Source of the DNA: an uncultured Anaerolinea sp.
GTDB lineage: Bacteria; Chloroflexota; Anaerolineae; Anaerolineales; Villigracilaceae
Assembly (NCBI GenBank): GCA_964528275.1
Contig: CAZGSB010000001.1
Location: forward strand, 123,901-155,900
Length of the DNA stretch: 32,000 nt
Direction of reading: 5' to 3'
A model generated the notes under the pieces. It was not told the DNA's origin, ran no database searches, and was given only the letters and a program-made list of their open reading frames with translations. Made by a program: the position numbers and the translations under genes. This document shows positions 1 through 9,237 of this stretch, one piece after another (the first letter of the stretch is position 1; each line of letters starts with the position of its first letter).

Positions 1-3000
1 AGCGGAGATCAGATCTGGGTGGCGAGTGGAACGTACTATCCCGATGATGGCGCGAGCCAGACGAATAACGCCCTTACCAGCACATTTACGCTCACGGACG
101 GAGTGTCCATTTACGGCGGGTTCACGGTTGGGGACACCCTGTTGAGCCAGCGAGACTCCAACCCAGCCACAAACGGTACGGTTCTGAGCGGGGATATCGA
201 TCAGGTCGCCGGCACAGCCGGAAACGCCTACACCGTTGTTACCGTAAACGGTTTGTTGACTGACACCTATGTCTTGGACGGGTTCACCGTTTCCGGCGGG
301 AATCAAGTTTCCGGCAGCGGTGTCGGGGGCGGAATGTATATCCAGAACGCCAGCCCCACCCTGAGCAACCTGATTATCACTGCAAATAGCGCGAATGGGC
401 GCGGTGGCGGCGTGTTTATAATTTCAGTGTCTGCCGTGGAAGCCAGCTACAGCCGCCCAACTTTCACCGACGTGACGGTCAGCAATAATACCGCAGGTAT
501 CGGGGGAGGCATCTATGTGCAAAATGGAAGCCCGTCATTTACCCGTGTGACGTTTTCCGGCAATTCATCGACAGGCGGCGCGGGCGGAGGCTTGAACCTG
601 CAGACCCTTGGCGGACCCGGCGTAGATGAACCCAATCTTCCAACCTTGTTGGATGTGACGTTCACCAGCAATACTGCAGTCGGCGGTGGCGGCATGTTCA
701 ATAACAACAGCACCACCACCCTCAACCGCGTGACCTTCAACGGCAACTCTGCCACGCGACGAGGCGGCGGCATGTTGAACGAGTTCTCTGCCCCCACGCT
801 CACCAATGTGACGTTCAGCGGCAACACATCCACCGAAACTTCCGGGACGACAACCCCGTGGGGCGGCGGCGGCATCATGAACATCGGCGCCGACCCGGTC
901 TTGAACAACGTCACCTTCAACGGAAATAATAGCGTCAACGGCTCCGGCACGGCGGGCGGTGACGCCATGAAAAACGTGACGTTGACTGGAAATGCCAGCA
1001 CGCCGGTCATTGAGAACAGTATTTTATGGGGCGATGGCGGCACGAACGACGAAGTACTCAATGAAGGGACAAGTTCCGCCACCATCGAAGATAGTATCGT
1101 GCAAGGCGGATGCCCCGCGTTATCGACATGTACGAATGTTATCAATTCCAATCCCGTATTAAGCGCGTTGGCGAACAATGGCGGCAACACGCAGACCATG
1201 GCAATCAGTGTCACTGGCGCGGCAGACGATGCGGCGGACACCACCACCGCAGATTGTGCCGCCACCGACCAGCGCGGGACAGCGCGTCCCCAGGGCGTGG
1301 CGTGCGATATCGGAGCCTATGAGATCGGCGACACCAGCGACCCGACTTTGATCTCTTTCACCCGCTTCAACCCGCCGACCTCCCCCACCAATGCAGACAC
1401 CTTGATCTTCCGCGCGACCTTTGATGAGACCGTTATAAATGTCAGCGCCGGCGATTTCGTCGTCAACGGGACCACCACTGCAACGGTCACCCTGGTAACG
1501 CAAATCAGCGGCACCGTGTACGAAATCACCGTTTCCGGCGGCGACCTGGCTGGCTTCAACGGTACGGTTGGGCTTGACTTGAGCGGCTCGCAGGATATTA
1601 CCGACGCAGTCGGTAATGCGTTGCCCGCCGGCGAACCGGTAACCGATGAAACCTATGTGGTGGACAATACCGCCCCCACCGTCACCATCGGCGCGCCGAG
1701 TGTAGCCATCACCAATACGGGACCCGTTGACTTTGCCATCACAGTCACCGGTGCAAATACGATCAATCTCATTGCTGGTAACGTCTCACTCAACTCAACC
1801 GGCACGGCGACTGGCACCGTTTCGGTGACCAACGGCAACACAGCCAACCCGACTGTGACCATCAGCGGAATCACCGGGGATGGCACGATCGGCATCTCGA
1901 TTGCGGCTGGCATCGCCTCCGATACGGCGGGCAACACCAGTGCGGCGGCAGGACCCTCCACAACGTTCACCGTGGACAACACCGCCCCCACTGTCACTAT
2001 CGGCGCGCCCAGTGTTGCGGTCACCAACACGGGACCGGTTGACTTCGCGATCACGGTCGCCGGTGCAAACACAGTTAACCTGGTTGCCGGCAACGTAACT
2101 CTGAACACAACCGGCTCAGCAACCGGCACAGTGTCTGTCACCAACGGAAACACCGCCAACCCAACCGTCACCATCAGCGGCATCACCGGAAACGGAACGA
2201 TTGGCATCTCGATTGCGGCGGGCATTGCGTCGGATACAGCCGGTAACACCTCCGCCGCGGCAGGACCCTCCGCCACGTTCACGGTGGACAATACTGCACC
2301 TACCGTCACCATCGGCGCGCCAAGTGTTGCGCTCACTAACACGGGACCGGTAGACTTCGCGATCACGGTCGCCGGTGCAAACACAGTTAACCTGGCTGCC
2401 GGCAACGTAACGCTCAACACCACCGGCACGGCGACCGGGACGGTGTCTGTCACCAACGGCAACACAGCGACTCCGACCGTCACCATCAGCGGCATCACCG
2501 GAGACGGAACGATCGGCATCTCCATCGCGGCGGGTATTGCCTCGGACACAGCCGGGAACAGCAGCGCCGCGGCAGGACCGTCAGCCACCTTCACTGTAGA
2601 CAACACCGGTCCCACCGTCGCCATCGGCGCGCCAAGTGTCGCGCTCACCAATACGGGACCGGTGGATTTTGCGATTACAGTCACTGGCGCAAACACGATC
2701 AACCTCACTGCCGGCAATGTAACGCTCAACACCACCGGCACAGCGACCGGCACAGTTTCCGTGACGAATGGCAACACTGCCAATCCAACAGTCACCATCA
2801 GCGGCATCACCGGGGATGGCACGATCGGCATCTCCATTGCGGCTGGCATTGCCTCCGATACGGCAGGCAACACCAGCGCGGCGGCGGGACCCTCTACCAC
2901 CTTCACCGTGGACAACACCGCTCCCACGGTAAGTATTGGCGCGCCCAGCGTGGCGCTGACTAACACAGGACCCGTAAATTTTGCGATCACGGTTGCCGGT

Positions 3001-5451
3001 GCGAACACAATCAATCTCACCGCCGGCAATGTAACACTCAATACGACCGGCACGGCGACGGGTACCGTTTCCGTGACCAATGGCAACACCGCTAACCCAA
3101 CGGTCACCATATCCGCCATTACGGGTAACGGTACCATCGGCATCTCCATCGCGGCGGGCATCGCCTCCGACACCGCCGGCAACACCTCCGCAGCCGCGGG
3201 ACCCTCCGCCACCTTCACCGTCGATAACACCACCCCCACCGTCACCATCGGCGCGCCAAGCGTGGCAACTACCACCGCGGGACCGGTTGATTTCTCCATC
3301 ACAGTTGCTGGCGCGAACACGATCAATCTCACCGCTGGGGATGTCACACTCAACACCACCGGCACAGCGACGGGCACCATTTCTGTCACCAACGGAAACA
3401 CCGCCAACCCAACGGTCACCATCAGCGGCATCACCGGAGACGGCACGATCGGCATCTCCATTGCGGCGGGCATCGCCTCCGATACGGCGGGCAACACCAG
3501 TGCGGCGGCGGGACCCTCTGCCACCTTCACCGTGGATAACTCGGGTCCTGTAGTGACGATTGGTGCGCCAAGCACGGCAACCACGACGAGTGGACCAGTG
3601 AACTTCTCCATCACGATCACCGGCGGCACAACATTTAATCTACTCGCCGCGAACGTCACCCTCAACACCACCGGCACGGCGACAGGCACAGTGTCCATCA
3701 CGAACGGCAACACAGCCAACCCGACGGTGACCATCAGCGGAATCACCGGCAATGGCACGATCGGAATCTCCATTGCGGCTGGTGTCGCAGCGGATGGTTT
3801 GGGCAACCCCTCCGCTGCGGCAGGACCGTCCGCCACCTTCACCGTCGATAACACCACCCCCACCGTCACCATCGGCGCGCCCAGTGTGGTGCTCACTAGC
3901 ACGGGACCTGTGGACTTTGCAATCACGGTTGCCGGTGCGAACACGATCAACCTCACTGCGGGCAACGTCACCCTCAATACCACCGGCACTGCGACGGGTA
4001 CCGTTTCTGTGACCAACGGCAACACCGCCAACCCGACGGTGACCATCAGCGGAATCACCGGCAATGGCACGATCGGCATCTCCATTGCGGCTGGCATTGC
4101 CTCCGATACGGCGGGTAACACCAGCGCGGCGGCGGGACCGTCTGCCACCTTCACCGTGGATAACACTGCCCCCACGGTCGCCATCGGCGCGCCCAGCGTC
4201 ACCGTCACAACGGCGGGACCGGTGGACTTCCCCATCACCATTTCCGGCGCGACAACCTTCAACCTCACTGCCGGCGATATCACACTGAACACCACTGGCA
4301 CAGCGACAGGGACAGTAGCCGTAACCAACGGCAATACCGCCACGCCCACGGTCACCATATCCGCTATTACGGGTAACGGAACCATCGGCATCTCCATCGC
4401 CGCCGGCGTCGCCGCAGATGGGAGTGGAAACACCAGCCCAGCCGCGGGACCGTCAACAACGTTCATCGTGGACAACTCGGGACCCACCGTCACCGCTTCG
4501 GTACCGGCGAACACCGCCACCGTAACCGGTCCTACCCAACTAACCGTGACATACAATGAAGATGTTAAGAACGATGGGTCGGCAGGCGCGGCGAACAATG
4601 TGGTCAACTACCTGCTGGTGGAAGCCGGCGTAAATACAACCTTTGATACAGTTTCATGTTTGGGCGGCGTGGTCGCCGACGATACGGTCATCACCGTCAA
4701 CACCGCCGCGTACACGAATAACGGCGGAAGCGGTCCGTTCGTCGCCACCCTGGATATCAACGGTGCGATCGCCCTCCCCGTGGGAACCTACCAACTGTAC
4801 GTGTGCGGAACCACCTCCATCGAGAATTTGGTGGACCTTGAACTGAACGATGGCTTGGCTGACACGATCATCCAATTCACCGTGATCGCGGGTCCGGGCA
4901 GCGGAGGCGGAGGCACTACCCTACGCGCAAGCGCCGTACCCGCCACCGGCTTCGCACAGGGATTCGTCACCACCCTGCCAGCCCAACCCGCCGAAAAAAT
5001 GTACACCGCCACCAGCCTGTGGATCGAGATTCCGCGCCTCGGGGTGAAGATGGATATTGTGGGCGTGCCTCAAACCAAGGACGGCTGGGATGTTTCGTGG
5101 CTTGGGCGCAACGCCGGCTGGTTGAATGGTTCGGCATTCCCCACCTGGAACGGCAACTCCGTGATCACCGGTCACGTCTGGACGGAAGCCAACAAACCCG
5201 GTCCGTTCAACAAACTGAAAGACTTGCAATACGGCGACCAGATCAAGATTCACGCATTTGGTCAGGTGTTCATCTACGAGATCCGCGATTCAGCCCTGAT
5301 CTCCTCCAGCGATACGAAGTCAATGATGAAGCATGAGGAAAAGACCTGGCTGACCCTGGTCACCTGCGAAGGGTTCAACTCGAAGACCGGCGAATACCTC
5401 TACCGCCGCATGATCCGCGCCGTTCTGGTCAGCGTCACAGCCGACAGATAA
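1..5451 (+). CDS. Giant secreted surface/adhesin-like protein, 5'-truncated by the window edge. Contains a parallel beta-helix (PbH1 / choice-of-anchor-Q-like) region, about 11 Ig-like domains, a Gly linker, a VPATG motif and a C-terminal sortase domain
   Basis: Frame 1 is open from nt 1; the track ORF 19..5451 starts at an internal GTG. GGGxxxxN...NVTFxGN beta-helix repeats are present. DQRGTARPQGVACDIGAYE lies at 1267-1323. Nine 104-aa repeats occupy 1660-4467. Sortase-like ITGH, TLVTC and YRRMIRA motifs lie near the C-terminus. Stop codon at 5449-5451. Confidence 0.85.
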   Translation, partial: SGDQIWVASGTYYPDDGASQTNNALTSTFTLTDGVSIYGGFTVGDTLLSQRDSNPATNGTVLSGDIDQVAGTAGNAYTVVTVNGLLTDTYVLDGFTVSGGNQVSGSGVGGGMYIQNASPTLSNLIITANSANGRGGGVFIISVSAVEASYSRPTFTDVTVSNNTAGIGGGIYVQNGSPSFTRVTFSGNSSTGGAGGGLNLQTLGGPGVDEPNLPTLLDVTFTSNTAVGGGGMFNNNSTTTLNRVTFNGNSATRRGGGMLNEFSAPTLTNVTFSGNTSTETSGTTTPWGGGGIMNIGADPVLNNVTFNGNNSVNGSGTAGGDAMKNVTLTGNASTPVIENSILWGDGGTNDEVLNEGTSSATIEDSIVQGGCPALSTCTNVINSNPVLSALANNGGNTQTMAISVTGAADDAADTTTADCAATDQRGTARPQGVACDIGAYEIGDTSDPTLISFTRFNPPTSPTNADTLIFRATFDETVINVSAGDFVVNGTTTATVTLVTQISGTVYEITVSGGDLAGFNGTVGLDLSGSQDITDAVGNALPAGEPVTDETYVVDNTAPTVTIGAPSVAITNTGPVDFAITVTGANTINLIAGNVSLNSTGTATGTVSVTNGNTANPTVTISGITGDGTIGISIAAGIASDTAGNTSAAAGPSTTFTVDNTAPTVTIGAPSVAVTNTGPVDFAITVAGANTVNLVAGNVTLNTTGSATGTVSVTNGNTANPTVTISGITGNGTIGISIAAGIASDTAGNTSAAAGPSATFTVDNTAPTVTIGAPSVALTNTGPVDFAITVAGANTVNLAAGNVTLNTTGTATGTVSVTNGNTATPTVTISGITGDGTIGISIAAGIASDTAGNSSAAAGPSATFTVDNTGPTVAIGAPSVALTNTGPVDFAITVTGANTINLTAGNVTLNTTGTATGTVSVTNGNTANPTVTISGITGDGTIGISIAAGIASDTAGNTSAAAGPSTTFTVDNTAPTVSIGAPSVALTNTGPVNFAITVAGANTINLTAGNVTLNTTGTATGTVSVTNGNTANPTVTISAITGNGTIGISIAAGIASDTAGNTSAAAGPSATFTVDNTTPTVTIGAPSVATTTAGPVDFSITVAGANTINLTAGDVTLNTTGTATGTISVTNGNTANPTVTISGITGDGTIGISIAAGIASDTAGNTSAAAGPSATFTVDNSGPVVTIGAPSTATTTSGPVNFSITITGGTTFNLLAANVTLNTTGTATGTVSITNGNTANPTVTISGITGNGTIGISIAAGVAADGLGNPSAAAGPSATFTVDNTTPTVTIGAPSVVLTSTGPVDFAITVAGANTINLTAGNVTLNTTGTATGTVSVTNGNTANPTVTISGITGNGTIGISIAAGIASDTAGNTSAAAGPSATFTVDNTAPTVAIGAPSVTVTTAGPVDFPITISGATTFNLTAGDITLNTTGTATGTVAVTNGNTATPTVTISAITGNGTIGISIAAGVAADGSGNTSPAAGPSTTFIVDNSGPTVTASVPANTATVTGPTQLTVTYNEDVKNDGSAGAANNVVNYLLVEAGVNTTFDTVSCLGGVVADDTVITVNTAAYTNNGGSGPFVATLDINGAIALPVGTYQLYVCGTTSIENLVDLELNDGLADTIIQFTVIAGPGSGGGGTTLRASAVPATGFAQGFVTTLPAQPAEKMYTATSLWIEIPRLGVKMDIVGVPQTKDGWDVSWLGRNAGWLNGSAFPTWNGNSVITGHVWTEANKPGPFNKLKDLQYGDQIKIHAFGQVFIYEIRDSALISSSDTKSMMKHEEKTWLTLVTCEGFNSKTGEYLYRRMIRAVLVSVTADR
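1660..4467 (+). repeat. Nine in-frame tandem 312-bp units, each encoding a 104-aa Ig-like domain (VDNTAPTVTIGAPSVAxTNTGPVDFAITV...AAAGPSATFT)
   Basis: Unit starts were read directly at 1660, 1972, 2284, 2596, 2908, 3220, 3532, 3844 and 4156, an exact 312-nt period. A divergent tenth domain follows from 4468. Confidence 0.95.
5017..5448 (+). other. Sortase catalytic domain, part of the 1..5451 CDS
   Basis: LWIEIPRLGVKMDIVGVP (beta1/2-like). His in NSVITGH (codon 5173-5175). Cys in LTLVTCEG (TLxTC signature, codon 5365-5367). Arg in YLYRRMIRAV. Spacing parallels SrtA-type sortases. Confidence 0.8.
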
Positions 5452-5465
5452 CGAACATTCACTGT

Positions 5466-5501
5466 AACGCCTTCCCGTTGGTTTTCCATCGGGAAGGCGT
5501 T
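5466..5501 (+). terminator. Stem-loop downstream of the giant gene, with a 12-bp perfect stem
   Basis: AACGCCTTCCCG (5466-5477) pairs with CGGGAAGGCGTT (5490-5501), 12-nt loop, 15 nt after the stop. No clear T-run follows. Confidence 0.45.
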
Positions 5502-5551
5502 GTGATTCCTGAGCGTGTCCGCTGAATCATCCGCGCTTCCACCTCCCAACT

Positions 5552-5590
5552 GAAAATAAAACAGACACCGGCGTAAACCCGGTGTCTGTT
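5552..5590 (-). terminator. Intrinsic terminator for the birA / small-ORF transcript
   Basis: ACAGACACCGG (5561-5571) pairs with CCGGTGTCTGT (5579-5589). On the minus strand it is followed by TTTATTTT (plus 5553-5560). Confidence 0.65.
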
Positions 5591-5615
5591 CCTGTAATAT
5601 CACTCCAGCGCCAAT

Positions 5616-5861
5616 TTAAAACACAGCCATCTTACCCAGGATCAACATCGCCAGGGTGCCGAGCAGGCATACAACGAAGAACAACATGAAGGAAAGGAAG
5701 AAGCGTTGCGCTCCGTTCATCCCAAGCATACGCGACTCGCGTTTGCGAGGAGCGGCAATGACCGCATCCATGGGTCTGGATGCCGGCTCCTTATAGAGGT
5801 CGTTCGAGTCCTCTTCGTAAAAAGGGGAGGAAGATGCGGATTCGCGCAGGTTATCGAACAT
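5616..5861 (-). CDS. Small tail-anchored membrane protein (hypothetical, about 81 aa)
   Basis: ATG at 5861-5859 lies 2 nt after the birA stop (5866-5864). The track start 5867 is a GTG overlapping that stop. C-terminal hydrophobic segment FFLSFMLFFVVCLLGTLAMLILG. A terminator follows. Confidence 0.5.
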   Translation of the reverse strand: MFDNLRESASSSPFYEEDSNDLYKEPASRPMDAVIAAPRKRESRMLGMNGAQRFFLSFMLFFVVCLLGTLAMLILGKMAVF

Positions 5862-5863
5862 GG

Positions 5864-6661
5864 TCACCTATTGTTGAGTATACCCGTGAATGGACGCAGG
5901 CTCACATCGCCAAATTGCACTGTCACGGATTTGTTATTGTCATCACGCAATCTCAAACTGCCATCCGAAAGAATCCCCTCCAGCCTGCCGACTACGGTCT
6001 TGCCAGCCCCCATTTCCACACGCACCTGCCTCCCGCGAAAGGCAAGCGAAGCGCCCCATTTATTCATCAGTTCATCGGTGCCCAGAGCGGGACGCAGGGA
6101 AAGGAAAGCGGCGAGTATCTCGTGGAGAACTTCCTCGCGCGCCACCTCGCGTTCCAACGCAGATTCCAGGCTGGTACCGGGGAAACGCAAAATATCTGTA
6201 TCGGGAACGGCACGTTTGAGAACATTCAGCCCGATCCCCACCACGACAAATTTGAGTTCCTCCCCTGCCCATGCCAGTTCCAGCAGGATCCCGGCCACCT
6301 TGCGTTGATTGAGCAGGATATCGTTGGGCCACTTGATCTGCGGGTTCAAGCCAAATTTTTGGAGAGGTTCGCAAATGGAGAGGGCGGCAAGCCCGACCAA
6401 CCGGGAAAGAAACGGTTTCTCTGCAGGGCTGGGACGCAGGATCATGCTAAATGCGAGGGCGGTTCCGGCGGGGGTGAACCAGGGACGGTCCATCCTGCCG
6501 CGCCCCATGGTTTGCTCGTCCGAAATAATCACCGATAGATCGCGTGCGCCTTTGTTTGCCCAGGCGAGCGCTTCATCGTTTGTGGAACCGATCGAATTGA
6601 AATACTGGATATCCCCAAGTGCCAGGTCAGAAAGCAGGGTTTGAAGCGAGGATTGGTTCAT
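5864..6661 (-). CDS. birA: Biotin--[acetyl-CoA-carboxylase] ligase, group I (no HTH domain)
   Basis: GRGRMDRPW signature, KWPNDILL, C-terminal SH3-like tail. Start placed at ATG 6661 (MNQSSLQ...), 7 nt after the upstream M23 stop. The track extension to 6808 overlaps that gene. Confidence 0.85.
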   Translation of the reverse strand: MNQSSLQTLLSDLALGDIQYFNSIGSTNDEALAWANKGARDLSVIISDEQTMGRGRMDRPWFTPAGTALAFSMILRPSPAEKPFLSRLVGLAALSICEPLQKFGLNPQIKWPNDILLNQRKVAGILLELAWAGEELKFVVVGIGLNVLKRAVPDTDILRFPGTSLESALEREVAREEVLHEILAAFLSLRPALGTDELMNKWGASLAFRGRQVRVEMGAGKTVVGRLEGILSDGSLRLRDDNNKSVTVQFGDVSLRPFTGILNNR

Positions 6662-6668
6662 CGCGCGG

Positions 6669-7733
6669 CTAGGGAAGAACGAACCACGGGTTGATGGATC
6701 CGCCACCCTGCCGTACCTCAAAATGGAGATGCGCGCCCTGCGAATTCCCGGTATTACCGGAAGCGCCGATCCATTGCCCGGCGCTAACGCTCTGGCATGC
6801 GCCGACACCGATCACGCTCAAGTGGGCGTAAATGGTCGAAAAGCCGTTCCCATGATCGATCTGGATCACATTGCCGTAGCCGTAGTTATAACCGCCTTGC
6901 GCCATGGTGACCACGCCGCTGTCCGCCGCGTACACGGGAGCGCCCTCCCCTGCCGCAATATCGATCCCGAGATGCCCGCTCCAGTAATCGTTTCCGGATA
7001 AAGAGTGCGAATCTGCGGGCCAGACAAACCCGCCGCTCCCCACCGCTCCGCCGGGGCATGCGCTCTGATTCGTGGGGGAACTTCCCGTGCCGGTGCTGCC
7101 AGTGCCCACGGTTGGCACAAGCCATTGAACGAACTCACGCGAACCACCGGGCACCATCACCCACGATCCCGAAGTGATCTTTGGGTCGGTCAGGTCGATG
7201 TCGTTGCCGGGGTAGTTGATGATACTGTCGACGGCCGCATTAAATTCGAAGGCGACCGAATCGAGGGTGTCGTTTTCTTTCCACTGATAATAGATCCCGT
7301 CTGTGGGGGGAATGCTCAAAACCTGCCCCGGCTTCAAACTGTGCGGGTCATCTTGCAACGTATCGTAGTTTGCCCAGAGCACGGTTTCGGCGGTAAGGTT
7401 GTACGAGGAGGAAATGGCGAAGATCGAGTCCCCGCGTTGCACACGATAGTCCACCGGTTCATAGCGCGGCTTATCTGCCGGGATATTCGTTTTCAATTGG
7501 ATGACCCGCGAAATGGACAGGAACGGATCGGACCCCAGTAAGGCTGGCATCGCCACCTCCACCGGTTCCTCCTCCTCCGCGACGATCGGTTGCGGCGCGA
7601 GCGCCTGCGCGGGCTGGTTAGAATTATTCCACGAGAGGGCGCCGAAGATCATTCCGCCCCCAAGCGCGATGGTTACGACCCAACTGATGACCGAAAATTT
7701 ATTCTTGAGTAGGAATTTAAACGCGTTCGACAT
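6669..7733 (-). CDS. Membrane-anchored LysM-domain M23 metallopeptidase
   Basis: N-terminal TM (VISWVVTIALGGGMIFGAL). LysM-like YRVQRGDSIFAISSSY and YQWKENDTLDSVAFEF. M23 motifs HLGIDIAA and GNTGNSQGAHLHFEV. The track start 7739 is TTG; the ATG is at 7733. Confidence 0.85.
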   Translation of the reverse strand: MSNAFKFLLKNKFSVISWVVTIALGGGMIFGALSWNNSNQPAQALAPQPIVAEEEEPVEVAMPALLGSDPFLSISRVIQLKTNIPADKPRYEPVDYRVQRGDSIFAISSSYNLTAETVLWANYDTLQDDPHSLKPGQVLSIPPTDGIYYQWKENDTLDSVAFEFNAAVDSIINYPGNDIDLTDPKITSGSWVMVPGGSREFVQWLVPTVGTGSTGTGSSPTNQSACPGGAVGSGGFVWPADSHSLSGNDYWSGHLGIDIAAGEGAPVYAADSGVVTMAQGGYNYGYGNVIQIDHGNGFSTIYAHLSVIGVGACQSVSAGQWIGASGNTGNSQGAHLHFEVRQGGGSINPWFVLP

Positions 7734-7739
7734 TTCCAA

Positions 7740-7768
7740 ATTATAGGGTGATCAGGAATCCCTGCCGA
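7740..7768 (-). promoter_or_regulatory. Putative promoter for a leaderless LysM-M23 mRNA: TCGGCA-17-TATAAT, with the -10 box 6 nt from the ATG
   Basis: Minus-strand TATAAT = plus 7740-7745. Minus-strand TCGGCA = plus 7763-7768, inside the rho 3' end. No SD lies between the -10 box and ATG 7733. Confidence 0.4.
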
Positions 7769-9029
7769 GGTTCTCGAGGAATTCCTGGTTGTTGCGCGCC
7801 CTGTCCAGGCGGGTGACGATGGCTTCGGTCGCCACCGAATGATCCATGCCGGCGCCCTGTGGTTGCGGGGAGGTCATTTGAATGTACATCCGCCGCATGA
7901 GCCAGACGCGTTGCAAGAGGTCGGGTCCCAGCAACAGGTCTTCGCGCCTCGTGGAGGAGCGTTCGATATCCACGGCGGGGAAGATGCGCCGTTCCTGCAA
8001 TTTGCGCGAGAGCAATAGTTCCATATTTCCGGTGCCTTTGAACTCTTCGTAGACCACATCGTCGAGGCGGGAGCCGGTATCCACGAGGCACGTGGCGATG
8101 ATGGTGAGCGAGCCGCCTTCTTCGATGTTGCGCGCCGCGCCGAAGAACCGCTTGGGCGGGTACAACGCGGAAGGATCCATGCCGCCGGAGAGGGTGCGTC
8201 CGCTGGGGTTGACGACCAGATTGTAAGCGCGGGCGAGGCGGGTGATCGAGTCCATCAAGATTACCACGTGGCGTCCGATCTCCACGAGGCGCTTAGCGCG
8301 CTCTAAGGCGAGTTCCGCCGTACGCACGTGGGAAGTGACCGGCTCGTCGAACGTCGACGCAACCACCTCGGCATCCACCGAGCGGTCCATGTCGGTTACT
8401 TCTTCGGGGCGTTCACCGATCAAGGCGACCAGCAAATGCACATCCGGGTATTTGGTTGAGATCGAATTCGCGATCTGTTTGAGGATGGTTGTTTTTCCCG
8501 CCTTGGGTGGGGAAACGATCAGCCCGCGCTGACCCCGCCCGATGGGGGCGATCAGGTTGATCAGGCGCGGAGCGAGGGTATCGTGGTCGGTTTCGAGATC
8601 AAATCGTTTGTCGGGGAAGATCGGGGTGAGGTTTTCAAACACTGTTCTTCGAGAGGCTTCTTCGGGGTCGAGCCCGTTAATGGATTCCACCTTGAGGAGT
8701 CCGAAATGCCGCTCACTTTCACGCGGCGGGCGTACCTGCCCAATGACGAGGTCGCCTGCCCTGAGATCGTGCCTGCGCAATTGCGCTTGTGACACGTACA
8801 CATCCTGGTCGCTGATGCGGTAGTTCGTGGCTCGCAGAAAGCCGATGCCTTCGCTCATGATCTCCAGGATGCCGCCTCGCAGTTCGATGCCCTCCTTCTG
8901 CGCTTCCGCCTCGCGGATCATCATGGCAAGGGTCTCTTTTTTCAGGCGGTTGGAGTTGGGAATATTCAGCGATTTTCCCAAGGCGCGCAATTTGGAGAGG
9001 GGTTCATTTTCAAGTTCAAGTATCTTCAT
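7752..9029 (-). CDS. rho: Transcription termination factor Rho
   Basis: N-terminal Rho_N ([15 protein letters not shown]), CSD-like RNA-binding region, Walker [19 protein letters not shown], typical about 420-aa length. Confidence 0.97.
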   Translation of the reverse strand: MKILELENEPLSKLRALGKSLNIPNSNRLKKETLAMMIREAEAQKEGIELRGGILEIMSEGIGFLRATNYRISDQDVYVSQAQLRRHDLRAGDLVIGQVRPPRESERHFGLLKVESINGLDPEEASRRTVFENLTPIFPDKRFDLETDHDTLAPRLINLIAPIGRGQRGLIVSPPKAGKTTILKQIANSISTKYPDVHLLVALIGERPEEVTDMDRSVDAEVVASTFDEPVTSHVRTAELALERAKRLVEIGRHVVILMDSITRLARAYNLVVNPSGRTLSGGMDPSALYPPKRFFGAARNIEEGGSLTIIATCLVDTGSRLDDVVYEEFKGTGNMELLLSRKLQERRIFPAVDIERSSTRREDLLLGPDLLQRVWLMRRMYIQMTSPQPQGAGMDHSVATEAIVTRLDRARNNQEFLENLGRDS

Positions 9030-9237
9030 GGTTCATTTCTCTGGGTGGGATTTTGTGGAAAAGGAAACGCCGCCAGCGCGCCAAGGGAATGGCGCGGGTG
9101 GGGAGTCTCCCTTAATTTTTTCGTAAGTGTGGGTTTACTATCAAGTGGTTGCCGGGCGTGCCACCCATGCAGGTTGAATAACCCGACATTTAGATGACAC
9201 AATGTGTATGCTGTGAAATAACTGGGGAAGTGTTGCG

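Noticed and set aside
1660-4467. The repeat array as a CRISPR array, or as a DGR or phase-variation target
   Set aside because: Units are contiguous 312-bp in-frame coding repeats without spacers. No reverse transcriptase, template repeat or invertase is in the window.
1653-4607. 984-aa antisense ORF, plus many 60-160-aa Pro/Ser/Arg-rich ORFs in other frames (for example 1880-2098, 3080-3553, 3752-4012, 4064-4288), across the repeat region
   Set aside because: They lie entirely within the strongly supported + strand CDS. The stop-free antisense frame is expected from GNN/ACC-rich repeated codons. The products are low-complexity (MPxVP..., PPSPS...) with no domain signatures.
5706-6538. ORFs 5706..6308 and 5780..6538 (+) and others antisense to birA
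   Set aside because: They are antisense to a gene carrying the GRGRxxRxW BirA signature. The products are Arg/Ser-rich with no motifs, a typical high-GC shadow-ORF pattern.
6662-6808. N-terminal extensions proposed by the ORF track for birA (to 6808), recA (to 14094), the ABC-2 permease (to 21517), tgt (from 30775) and the NBR1-like lipoprotein (to 12877)
   Set aside because: The extensions overlap upstream genes or terminator stems, start at GTG/TTG, and add non-homologous residues. Internal ATGs give canonical N-termini.
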